In this document: positions 39,870 through 48,035 of the stretch, one piece after another
How the letters are laid out: each line of letters begins with the position of its first letter
Numbering within the stretch: position 1 is the first letter of the stretch
Assembly: GCA_964523145.1 (NCBI GenBank)
Contig: CAZFYB010000005.1
Coordinates: forward strand, 560-64,559
Direction: 5' to 3'
From: an uncultured Candidatus Saccharibacteria bacterium
GTDB lineage: Bacteria; Patescibacteriota; Saccharimonadia; Saccharimonadales; Saccharimonadaceae
Length of the DNA stretch: 64,000 nt
Position numbers and translations under genes: made by a program
Notes under the pieces: model-generated
Told to the model about the DNA's origin: nothing
Seen by the model: the letters and a program-made list of their open reading frames with translations, nothing else
Database searches by the model: none

Positions 39870-40517
39870 CTATTGCTTGTTTCGGGCAATACTGAAAAGA
39901 TTCTTAAAATTCTGCTTTTTACCCCATACGAAAAGGGTTACTAAAGTCACTAATCCCAGTACCCACCAATACCAGGCGACTGTTAATATGCGCCACCCCT
40001 CGCCACTTTTTTCAATTGGCGCAGTAGCTATTGTCGCCGCTCCTTTCACCGAACCCGTTGAGAGATAGATATATGCCGCGTAGTCGTTATTAGTAAGTTG
40101 CACAGGTAAACGATGAGTTGCATTCGGTAATGTTGTTATTGGTTCAAGTGCAGCTACGGTTGTATCGATTGGAGTAGTTTGTATAGTCGGCATTTCTACA
40201 GACTGAGATTCAGGTTGTGGCGCCGTAGCACTCGGTGCCTCACTTTGATTCGCCTGCAAAGGCTGAGCAGGTTGCACCGGCGTAGGCGTAGGCTCGGGCG
40301 AAGTTTGAGGTGTAGGCGCTGTTCGGCAATCTGTACCCGTAAGCAACCCTACCGTACAGCGAAGGGTGCTATATAAAAAACCCTCGGCACTAGCTGGCCG
40401 AGAATATGTTGTTGAGACAAGTAAAGATACGCTAAGGACGCTTAGCAAAAATATTCCTATTTTTGCACCTCGCAGGTGTGATTGCCCCAATCGTTGCTCC
40501 ACTTGTGCCCTCCCCAC
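39870..40517 (-). CDS. Secreted/membrane protein with Pro/Thr/Gln-rich linker and WYWW C-terminal anchor
   Basis: N-terminal hydrophobic segment, PTPQTSPEPTPTP stalk, WRILTVAWYWWVLGLV TM plus KK. Start uncertain. Confidence 0.7.
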   Translation of the reverse strand: MGRAQVEQRLGQSHLRGAKIGIFLLSVLSVSLLVSTTYSRPASAEGFLYSTLRCTVGLLTGTDCRTAPTPQTSPEPTPTPVQPAQPLQANQSEAPSATAPQPESQSVEMPTIQTTPIDTTVAALEPITTLPNATHRLPVQLTNNDYAAYIYLSTGSVKGAATIATAPIEKSGEGWRILTVAWYWWVLGLVTLVTLFVWGKKQNFKNLFSIARNKQ

Positions 40518-40561
40518 TGAACACGCCGTATAATGAACGTACTTATATTATAGCACGAGCG

Positions 40562-40960
40562 TTATCGGGGTTTGTACTGGTGATCAAACCCTTCTAAATG
40601 GTCAATTCGGTCATGATCGAGCCCATAGTAATGCGCAATTTCGTGCCAAAGTGTTCGCTTAATTTGTTCATAAAATTCTTCAGGCGTATTTGAAACTATG
40701 CCAATGGGGATTTTAAACAGCGTAATTTTATCGGGCAGCACAAAAGTATACCCAGCTCCCCGCTGAGTTAAGGGAATACCCTCATACAGTCCAAGCAGTA
40801 GTCCGCCTTCATGTACGTGAGATTTTTCAGCTTGATGCTGATCTGGCTGATCGGCATACACAATAACAACATTATCTAAGCCGGTAATATATTCTTGCGG
40901 CAGCTCATCCATTGCCTTAGAAATCAGGCGGTCAAATTCTTCATCAGTTACAGTAATCAC
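40562..40960 (-). CDS. Minimal zincin-like metallopeptidase (DUF1025-like)
   Basis: LLGLYEGIPLT, PDKITLF, HEIAHYYG; start moved to GTG 40960, 7 nt after TATACT. Confidence 0.85.
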   Translation of the reverse strand: MITVTDEEFDRLISKAMDELPQEYITGLDNVVIVYADQPDQHQAEKSHVHEGGLLLGLYEGIPLTQRGAGYTFVLPDKITLFKIPIGIVSNTPEEFYEQIKRTLWHEIAHYYGLDHDRIDHLEGFDHQYKPR

Positions 40961-40973
40961 TATACTTAGTATA

Positions 40974-41183
40974 CTACTGATTTTCAGTTTGAGTACTGGA
41001 TTCTTCTTCGGCACCGGTGTGGTACTCTTCAAGAATATGTGTCCATGCCGCTTGCAGCTCTTCGCCGTCAGGGTCATTCGTTAAGCTAATAGTGTCATCG
41101 TGCTTAAAGTCATCAAGCTCGCTAATACTGCCATCATCTTGTGGGTCAATTGGTTGGAGTTCTAAATATTCGTATACAGACAT
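40974..41183 (-). CDS. Small acidic hypothetical protein
   Basis: 69-aa D/E-rich ORF co-oriented with neighbours. Confidence 0.55.
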   Translation of the reverse strand: MSVYEYLELQPIDPQDDGSISELDDFKHDDTISLTNDPDGEELQAAWTHILEEYHTGAEEESSTQTENQ

Positions 41184-41270
41184 AATTTTTGTGTTTAACT
41201 TTTACTTTTTCTATTTAAGCATAATCACCATTAAAAGTCAATGGCTTGGTGTTTTCCAGGAAAAGGAAAA

Positions 41271-41292
41271 CCCCGGCTATTGCTAGCCGGGG
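41271..41292 (-). terminator. Terminator of the J-domain operon
   Basis: ccccggcta / tagccgggg inverted repeat; on the minus strand followed by ttttcctttt. Confidence 0.75.
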
Positions 41293-41304
41293 GATCCCCT
41301 ACTT

Positions 41305-42171
41305 CTAAGTCGGAGAATTCTGCGCCAATGGCGCGGAACTCTGAATCGAACCGATACGAGCCAGATGGCCACTGTGCCTGTTTCGCACAACAACCTCCGA
41401 TCCTTGGCTGAGTCGCGGTGTGAGCTTTGGCAAATACCAAGCTTCAGACGGTGCCGTCCAAGCGGGTGCTTGGGTGATCCCCGAAAACCCTTCCCCGAGC
41501 TCCGAAAATTCACCCTCCACAACCACGTCATCCTGTAGCCCTTCGTGACGAAGTGCGCCAGAAGGCAAGAAGCCAACCACGTCTACCCTCCCCATCATCT
41601 GGGGATTATGGATATAACGAGTCAACTTCAGCGACATATTCAAGAACATCTCGCTCCAGCGGCCGTTGCGATACGATGGTGCCTCGGATTGCTCCGGAAG
41701 CATATCGATCTCGCCAGCTGCAAGGCTCAAGAATGCCCTATCGTGCGTCACAACATCCAGAATGGTCCGCGAGGACTCGAACTGGAGGATGAAACTGGTC
41801 GGTACCTTGATGCCGAGGACTTGAAACTGGTCGATGTTCTCGAGCAGCGACAGTAGCGCCGACAGGCTGTCGCGTTCGCGCCTTCGTTCCAGCTCTGCCT
41901 GAACGTTCCGCTGAAAACGGGCACGATCAGACTGCTTGGTTTGGCGTTCGATGGCCAAAGCCAATCCATCCCGATGCCGCAAATCTTGTATGGCATCAGT
42001 GAATGGTTGTAGCATCTCGGCGGCTTCAGGATTCACATCGGGGTGATACAGCCGTGCGATCGCCCGATAGTACCCTTCGGCAAGCTTCAGGATGTTGTCC
42101 GAAGAACCGGCGGAGCGTTCGCGCTCTACCAGTTCTGCGGGGACCCCGAGAACTTCGAGAGAACTTTGCAT
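41305..42171 (-). CDS. N-terminal J-domain (HPD) protein with unknown C-terminal region
   Basis: SLEVLGV...YYRAIARLYHPDVNP...DAIQDL J-domain pattern; start moved to ATG 42171 (AAGGAG SD, 1 nt after upstream TGA). Confidence 0.75.
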   Translation of the reverse strand: MQSSLEVLGVPAELVERERSAGSSDNILKLAEGYYRAIARLYHPDVNPEAAEMLQPFTDAIQDLRHRDGLALAIERQTKQSDRARFQRNVQAELERRRERDSLSALLSLLENIDQFQVLGIKVPTSFILQFESSRTILDVVTHDRAFLSLAAGEIDMLPEQSEAPSYRNGRWSEMFLNMSLKLTRYIHNPQMMGRVDVVGFLPSGALRHEGLQDDVVVEGEFSELGEGFSGITQAPAWTAPSEAWYLPKLTPRLSQGSEVVVRNRHSGHLARIGSIQSSAPLAQNSPT

Positions 42172-42172
42172 A

Positions 42173-42682
42173 TCACTCCTTTCGTTCGTCAAGCGCCTGT
42201 AGTAGGTGTTCAACGCTGTCGATGTCGGTTGCGGCCGAAATGCCGCCGACTTTCTTGATCAGTCCATCGAGCGACTCGATGCTCGTGACGTCCTGCATGG
42301 TTTCGGCGTCCGCGTACACGCGCAAGAACTCGAGCAGACCCACGACATAATCGCGACTCAGCTCGTTATCGGTGCGGGTACGAACACCAACTTCATACAG
42401 GTACTCAACCACGAGCGAAACTTCGCCGACCGAGAACTCCTCAAGGAGCTCCTCAATCCACGAAACCGATTCGCCGTGAAAACTGACCAACCATACTAAC
42501 CCACCCACGATGGGTTCGGTGTTGAGTTCGGGCAGAAAGGCAACCAGATCGCCGATGGCGCGCTGGTCTTTGGTAGCAAGAGTATTAGCTTCGTATCGCT
42601 TCAACTCTTTCGGATCTCCCATGATACGCACGAGAGCGCCACCAGCTCTAAGAGCCGGGGCAGATAGTACGAGTTCGTTCAT
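42173..42682 (-). CDS. Hypothetical helical protein, first gene of J-domain operon
   Basis: 169 aa, AGGAG SD, coupled to the J-domain gene. Confidence 0.75.
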   Translation of the reverse strand: MNELVLSAPALRAGGALVRIMGDPKELKRYEANTLATKDQRAIGDLVAFLPELNTEPIVGGLVWLVSFHGESVSWIEELLEEFSVGEVSLVVEYLYEVGVRTRTDNELSRDYVVGLLEFLRVYADAETMQDVTSIESLDGLIKKVGGISAATDIDSVEHLLQALDERKE

Positions 42683-42769
42683 TATTCTCCTAAGATGTAG
42701 GGTGCTACGGAGGTACGAGAAGCAAAAAGTGGCAATAATGCCTACTCCAAGTCCTCAACGTTCGCTATA

Positions 42770-42850
42770 ATTATATCAGTTACCTACCAAAGTGTCAACT
42801 CGCTTAAGGTGTTAGCGCACTATTGACTTTTTGATTGAAAGTGATACAAT
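42770..42850. promoter_or_regulatory. Back-to-back sigma70 promoters
   Basis: Minus: TTGACA(42798-93)-17-TATAAT(42775-70). Plus: TTGACT(42823-28)-16-TACAAT(42845-50). Confidence 0.7.
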
Positions 42851-42904
42851 ACTCCCCAACTTGTCTGCAAGCCTGCAGCTGAGTCGTTCCCCCAAGGAGA
42901 GAAA

Positions 42905-43228
42905 ATGTCAGGTCCCACCAACTGGAAAGTCACCAACAAGGTGATCGAGTTCGATGACATCGTCAACCAGGTCAAGGCCACGCGGCGCCTTCTGCCCAAC
43001 AAAAGCTTCGTCGAGATGCTCGAGGAGGGCTTCGCCGAGATGCTCGAGGAGTACGCGCCCAGCATGATCGGCGCGCAGGCCATTGATGCCGATGCCGGCA
43101 TCACCCTCAAGGTGAAGCGCGGGCACAAGCTCTGGACGGAGTCACTCGCCCAGAAGATCGAGGAGACCGTTCGGTCGTACCGCACATCCAGCCGGGAGCC
43201 CGTTCGCTTCCAGGTGCAGATGGCCTGA
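42905..43228 (+). CDS. Hypothetical protein with high-GC3 codon usage
   Basis: 107 aa, AAGGAG SD, own promoter and terminator; codons end mostly in G/C. Confidence 0.8.
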   Translation: MSGPTNWKVTNKVIEFDDIVNQVKATRRLLPNKSFVEMLEEGFAEMLEEYAPSMIGAQAIDADAGITLKVKRGHKLWTESLAQKIEETVRSYRTSSREPVRFQVQMA

Positions 43229-43270
43229 GGTTCCTCTCCTCAAAAACTACCGGCAGTAAATGTCGGCCGC

Positions 43271-43328
43271 CCCTCGGGGATCCACCACAGCGCTAGAGCG
43301 TTACTGGGTGGGTCCTCGAGGGGTTTTT
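43271..43328 (+). terminator. Long hairpin terminator
   Basis: ccctcggggatccacc / ggtgggtcctcgaggg 16-bp stem (G-U pairs) followed by ttttt. Confidence 0.7.
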
Positions 43329-43369
43329 CATTTTTTATAATGAAGTTTAATTTCTGATAAAATAACAAT

Positions 43370-44041
43370 ATGAATCAAAATATCTCACGAATCATCACAG
43401 GACTTATCATATTACTTATTGGAGTTGGCGCACTACTCAGCGCAACCAATGTATTCCCTTTTTGGAGCCTTTTAAGTACATGGTGGCCATTACTTATCGT
43501 TGCGGCAGGTCTATTAGTATTGGCCGGTAATCCAAAAAGCAACTTTTTATGGGGTATTGCCCTTATCGTTATTGGTGGACTGTTGCAGTTTAACCAGCTC
43601 GATGTGCTTAGTTTTAATGCATTCTCACTTATCTGGCCAATCGCAATTATTGCCGTTGGACTTTCTGTCTTATGGAACGGGAAAGGCCGCTTTGGTAAAC
43701 AAGACCTTTCAAAAGATGTTGATGATATCTCAGTCATTTTTAGTGGCAGCGAAGTAGTGAATAAATCAAAAAATTATAACGGTGGTAAAATTACCGCAAT
43801 TTTCGGGGGAACCTCTATAGATTTGCGTGACGCTGTGATTAATAAAGAAGCAACTCTTGATATTTTCACCCTTTGCGGAGGTGTTGAACTCCGTGTCCCA
43901 CGAGAATGGCGCGTTGTTTCGAAGGTAACCCCAATTCTAGGGGGAGTTGAAAACAAGGCCCTCGGCAGTGAAGACCACAAAGGACCTGTTTTACTTATCA
44001 CTGGTATTGCTGCACTTGGTGGCGTTGAAGTTAAGACTTAG
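43370..44041 (+). CDS. LiaF/LiaI-like membrane protein (DUF5668 TMs + DUF2154-like beta domain)
   Basis: 4 TMs with WWPLLIV / IWPIAII; C-terminal AIFGGTSIDLR, GGVELRVP.EW.V. Confidence 0.8.
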   Translation: MNQNISRIITGLIILLIGVGALLSATNVFPFWSLLSTWWPLLIVAAGLLVLAGNPKSNFLWGIALIVIGGLLQFNQLDVLSFNAFSLIWPIAIIAVGLSVLWNGKGRFGKQDLSKDVDDISVIFSGSEVVNKSKNYNGGKITAIFGGTSIDLRDAVINKEATLDIFTLCGGVELRVPREWRVVSKVTPILGGVENKALGSEDHKGPVLLITGIAALGGVEVKT

Positions 44042-46926
44042 TGCTTTTTAAGCGAAATAGTCAGCGGCATTAACTCAATCACCACTTCATCGGTATAATC
44101 GAAACTATCTTCGCTCAGGCTCACCGCTAAGGTTTCAACTTGAATTGCCTCGGCAAATTCTACCACTGCTTTTTCGAGCTCTTCACCCTTGGCTTTTAAG
44201 CTGAGCTCAATACGGTCATCAATATTTAAACCGGCGTTTTTACGAGCGGCTTGCACATAGCGAATAACTTCTCGGGCGAGGCCTTCACGGCGAAGTTCAG
44301 GAGTAATGTTTTTATCGAGCACTACTGCAACATCATCGCCCTCTCCATGCTGTACCGATTTTACATTCACCTCTTCTGCGATAACATTTTCGTAATACTC
44401 ATCAAGCACTTCACCGGTATAAGTAAGGGTTGCAAGCGGTTGGCGAACTTTAATTTGCTGCTGTACGTCATCTTTATACATACGTAAAGCTAATCCTTGT
44501 TCGATGATTTCGCGGGTGCGAGCCATCCGGCTGAGCACTAACTCATTCGCATGGCCAACTTCTGGCCAGTCAGTTAAGTGCACGCTTTCGCCACCAGTAA
44601 GCTTTTGGTACAGCTCTTCAGCCATAAACGGTACAAATGGCGCAATTGCTTGGCTTAGGCGCACTAGCACATAGTGAAGGGTGCGGTAAGCGTTATTTTT
44701 ATCGGTGTCGTCTTCAGATTTCCAAAAACGGCGGCGTGAACGGCGTACATACCAGTTACTCGCATCATCTAGAAACGGTAAGATTGGTTTGGTTGCGGCG
44801 GCCACATCGTAGCCTTCCATTTTTTCTTCAATTTCTTGAATCAGTTGGTGAACCCGGCCCACGATCCATTGGTCGAGCGGGTTTTCCAGGTTGTCGCTAG
44901 GGTCAACTAAGCTACCATCAAACTCCCAGCCATCAACTTCGGCATACATTGTAAAGAAATCGTACATGTTCCACACCATGCTGAGTTTTCGAGCGATATC
45001 ACCTACGTCTTTATCCTGCAAGGCAAAATCTTCACCTGAAAGGAGTGGGCTTGAAAGCAGCAAGAAACGCAACGAATCGGCACTGAATTTATCCATTAAT
45101 TCGTTTGGATCGGTAAAGTTACCAAGGCTTTTACTCATTTTACGGCCATCGTTTCCTGCAACGTTACCGGTAACGATCACATTCTTAAAGGCGTTGTGAC
45201 CAAATAGTCCAACGTTAACGGCGTGCACATAGTAAAACCATGCCCGAACCTGCCCTACGTACTCAACAATAAAGTCGCCAGGGAAATTAGCTTCGAATTT
45301 TTCAACATTTTCGAATGGATAATGGAACTGTGCAAAGGGCATTGAGCCAGACTCAAACCAACAGTCGAGCACTTTGTCGATACGAGTATACGTCACACCA
45401 TCAATTTCAAAGGTAATGTCATCAACCCATGGGCGGTGATAATCATCGAGCTCTACCCCACTAAGGACTTTGAGCTCTTCATAACTGCCGATCACTTTAA
45501 TATGTTCAACGCCGTCTTTATCGGTGCCTTTCCATACTGGCATAGCCGTTGCCCAAAATCGATCGCGGCTTAAGTTCCAGTCAGGGGCGGTTTCAACGGT
45601 GTGCTCAAAACGACCGTGTTTTATGTAGTCAGGGAACCAGTTGATGTTTTCAGTATTTTGCTCGAGCATCTCAACTCGTTGGCCATCAATATCCATAAAC
45701 CAACTTGGGTGAGCCCGGTACATAAGGCGGTGGCCGGTACGAGGGTTGTGCGGGTATTCGTGGCGTATGTAGTCGATTTTCCATACTTTGCCATTTTCAA
45801 GCAGTGCCTTAGCAATGGCTTTGTTGTTTTCCCAAACGTCCAAGCCTTTCCACTCACCTTCAGTGTATTCGCCGTACTCATTTAACACATGGACAATGGG
45901 AATGCCTTTTTGCTTTGCAAGAATAAAGTCTTCTTCACCATAGGCTGGTGCTAAGTGAACAATACCGGTACCCGATTCAGTCGTCACGTAATCTGCTTCA
46001 TACACTTGATGCGCACCTTCGCCTCGATCTTCAAAGAGCGGTACATATTTTTTGCCAATCAACTCTTCGCCCTGAATGGTTCGAAGTTGTTCGTATTCCA
46101 GCGGTTGGTGTTTTTCATTGGTCAGTACTTTTTCAACGAGATCCTTAGCAAGAATGAGTTTTATACCATCAATAAGTACCTCTACATAAGTGACGTCTTT
46201 ATTGACCGCCAATGCTGTATTTCCCGGCAGGGTCCAAGGCGTAGTTGTCCAAGCAAGCAAGAACGTATCTTCGTCAGCAAGCTTGAATTTCGTATACACA
46301 CTCGGGTCGGTCACCTCAACATACGCTCCAGCGTCCATTGTCACTTCAGCCTTTGAAAGTGGAGTCGCCCACTTCGTGTCGTACATTAATACGCGTTCGC
46401 CTTCGTAAATTTTGCCTTTTTCGTATAGCTGCTTGAATGCCCACCACACACTTTCCATGTAGTTTTTATCCATGGTTTTGTAGGCACCTTTAAAGTCGAC
46501 CCAGCGGCCAACGCGGGTAATAGTGTCTTCCCATAAGCTCGAGGTTTGTACCATGCTTTCGCGGGCTGTGGTAATGTATTCCGCAAGGCTAATACGGGTG
46601 CCAATTTCGTGGCGGTCAGTAATCCCCAGTTGCTTTTCAACAAAGTTCTCGGCCGGCAAACCGTGGCAGTCCCAGCCCCATACTCGCTCGACTCGCTTGC
46701 CTTTCATCGTTTGAAAACGAGGAATTGCGTCTTTTACGACTGAACTTAATAGCGTTCCATGGTGCGGTACACCGGTAATAAATGGTGGGCCATCGTAAAA
46801 TACGTATGAATTTTCTTTCGGGCGCAGCTCAATAGACTTCTCGAAAGTTTGGTTATCTTTCCAGTACTGGGCGATGTCTTTTTCGTATTCGATTGCGCGG
46901 CGGCGGGTGTTGGCCTTAAATTGCAT
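44038..46926 (-). CDS. ileS: Isoleucine--tRNA ligase, type 2
   Basis: FYDGPPF, GWDCHGLP, WTTTPWTLP, WNLSRDRFW, VGQVRAWFY, KMSKS, WYVRRSRRRFW; start moved to ATG 46926. Confidence 0.96.
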   Translation of the reverse strand: MQFKANTRRRAIEYEKDIAQYWKDNQTFEKSIELRPKENSYVFYDGPPFITGVPHHGTLLSSVVKDAIPRFQTMKGKRVERVWGWDCHGLPAENFVEKQLGITDRHEIGTRISLAEYITTARESMVQTSSLWEDTITRVGRWVDFKGAYKTMDKNYMESVWWAFKQLYEKGKIYEGERVLMYDTKWATPLSKAEVTMDAGAYVEVTDPSVYTKFKLADEDTFLLAWTTTPWTLPGNTALAVNKDVTYVEVLIDGIKLILAKDLVEKVLTNEKHQPLEYEQLRTIQGEELIGKKYVPLFEDRGEGAHQVYEADYVTTESGTGIVHLAPAYGEEDFILAKQKGIPIVHVLNEYGEYTEGEWKGLDVWENNKAIAKALLENGKVWKIDYIRHEYPHNPRTGHRLMYRAHPSWFMDIDGQRVEMLEQNTENINWFPDYIKHGRFEHTVETAPDWNLSRDRFWATAMPVWKGTDKDGVEHIKVIGSYEELKVLSGVELDDYHRPWVDDITFEIDGVTYTRIDKVLDCWFESGSMPFAQFHYPFENVEKFEANFPGDFIVEYVGQVRAWFYYVHAVNVGLFGHNAFKNVIVTGNVAGNDGRKMSKSLGNFTDPNELMDKFSADSLRFLLLSSPLLSGEDFALQDKDVGDIARKLSMVWNMYDFFTMYAEVDGWEFDGSLVDPSDNLENPLDQWIVGRVHQLIQEIEEKMEGYDVAAATKPILPFLDDASNWYVRRSRRRFWKSEDDTDKNNAYRTLHYVLVRLSQAIAPFVPFMAEELYQKLTGGESVHLTDWPEVGHANELVLSRMARTREIIEQGLALRMYKDDVQQQIKVRQPLATLTYTGEVLDEYYENVIAEEVNVKSVQHGEGDDVAVVLDKNITPELRREGLAREVIRYVQAARKNAGLNIDDRIELSLKAKGEELEKAVVEFAEAIQVETLAVSLSEDSFDYTDEVVIELMPLTISLKKH

Positions 46927-46939
46927 GGCACTTCCTTTT

Positions 46940-47125
46940 TTAAAATAATAAAAACCTCTCTCGTCCATCGGAACCCGCTTGTGTGGGTGGTACCATCCGA
47001 TTTCCGAAAAAGGTTTTCTTTTTCAGCACTTGGTTCATCGCTTTGACGCAGCGGGCGCGTTGGGTTCTACTGAGATATTAGTCTGTTCTTCCCAAAACTT
47101 GTGGTTGATGGCCACTCAAACGTTC
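46940..47125 (-). promoter_or_regulatory. T-box riboswitch (Ile, AUC specifier) with ultrashort Stem I
   Basis: Minus strand: gtgg-CCAUCAA-ccac Stem I; GGAAGAAC...CAGUAGAACC Stem II (S-turn); cgct/agcg pseudoknot; Stem III ctgaaaaag/ctttttcgg; antiterminator ucgga-UGGUACC-accc...gggu-uccga; directly upstream of ileS. Confidence 0.85.
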
Positions 47126-47155
47126 TTACCTGTTATTTTACGCTACTCACCGGCT

Positions 47156-47779
47156 CTATGCAAATAAGTCAGGGCCAAATTTCAACACTACAAGGGCGAT
47201 CATGAGCACAATCCAGCTAGCGACAATAAGTTGGTGGTATCCAGCATCTAAGAATTTTTGTACTTTTTCGTTTATCTTTTTTTGTAAGTTGTAGGCATTT
47301 TCACGTAGAGCAAGTTTTGTCGAGGTAGCCAATAAGAGCGTACAAGCAGTTGTCACAATCAAGCACCATGGGCATAATATCTCAATCACATACACACTAC
47401 TGAAGAATAGCCAGTACGAAAATATTGTCCCAAGTAAAATACCTAGGTTCGTAGCAACTAAGAAGGACTTCGGGAAACGGACGCCCCATAACCCAGCTAC
47501 TGCAACGGTAACGATGACAGGGAATGCCATAAGTCCGAAGTACATGTTAGGAACACCAAAGAATACACTTGCCTGCCAGGTTTGCATAACCGCTGAACAG
47601 TTCAGTACAAGGTTAAACGTACACGAAAGAATCGCATCTGGATCGTTCATAATGTGGAGCTTTTCCATCGTTAACACAAAGGCTGCCGCAAGCGCGAATA
47701 AAGCTGCAAAAAGCATTACTAAGTAAGTAGCTTTGGTTGATTTTTTTTCAGCTTCTTTGGATTTAAATATATTAAACAT
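47156..47779 (-). CDS. Vitamin K epoxide reductase (VKOR) family disulfide-bond formation protein
   Basis: LSC...NCSAVM, FFGVPN..FGL, ILCPWC redox motif, 5 TMs. Confidence 0.9.
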   Translation of the reverse strand: MFNIFKSKEAEKKSTKATYLVMLFAALFALAAAFVLTMEKLHIMNDPDAILSCTFNLVLNCSAVMQTWQASVFFGVPNMYFGLMAFPVIVTVAVAGLWGVRFPKSFLVATNLGILLGTIFSYWLFFSSVYVIEILCPWCLIVTTACTLLLATSTKLALRENAYNLQKKINEKVQKFLDAGYHQLIVASWIVLMIALVVLKFGPDLFA

Positions 47780-48035
47780 AAAAACTCACCTCACTTATTG
47801 TTGGTAACGGTAATCCGCGCCATTGGTTTTGTACTTGCCCATCGTCCGATAAAGCTACGAGCGTAGGAAATTCTAAAATGTCATACGCACGGCAAAAACT
47901 AACGCCATCGGGGGTTTCCGGGTTCATCGTTTCGAGCACATGGCCAGTTTGGCGTTCAAAGTCACGCATATAATCGGTCACTTGCCGAGCGTAATCGGTT
48001 TCTTCTTTAAAAAGCACCACCACGCGCATAGCCAC
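47772..48035 (-). CDS. Small thioredoxin/glutaredoxin-like fold protein lacking CxxC
   Basis: YDILEFPTLVAL (cis-Pro-like motif); single Cys; overlaps the VKOR start. Confidence 0.55.
   Translation of the reverse strand: MAMRVVVLFKEETDYARQVTDYMRDFERQTGHVLETMNPETPDGVSFCRAYDILEFPTLVALSDDGQVQNQWRGLPLPTISEVSFYV

Noticed and set aside
41283-43185. Several long overlapping ORFs in the GC-rich islet (41283-41576, 41545-41856, 42003-42350, 42820-43185)
   Set aside because: Antisense or alternate-frame shadows expected at high GC; they lack SDs and motifs.
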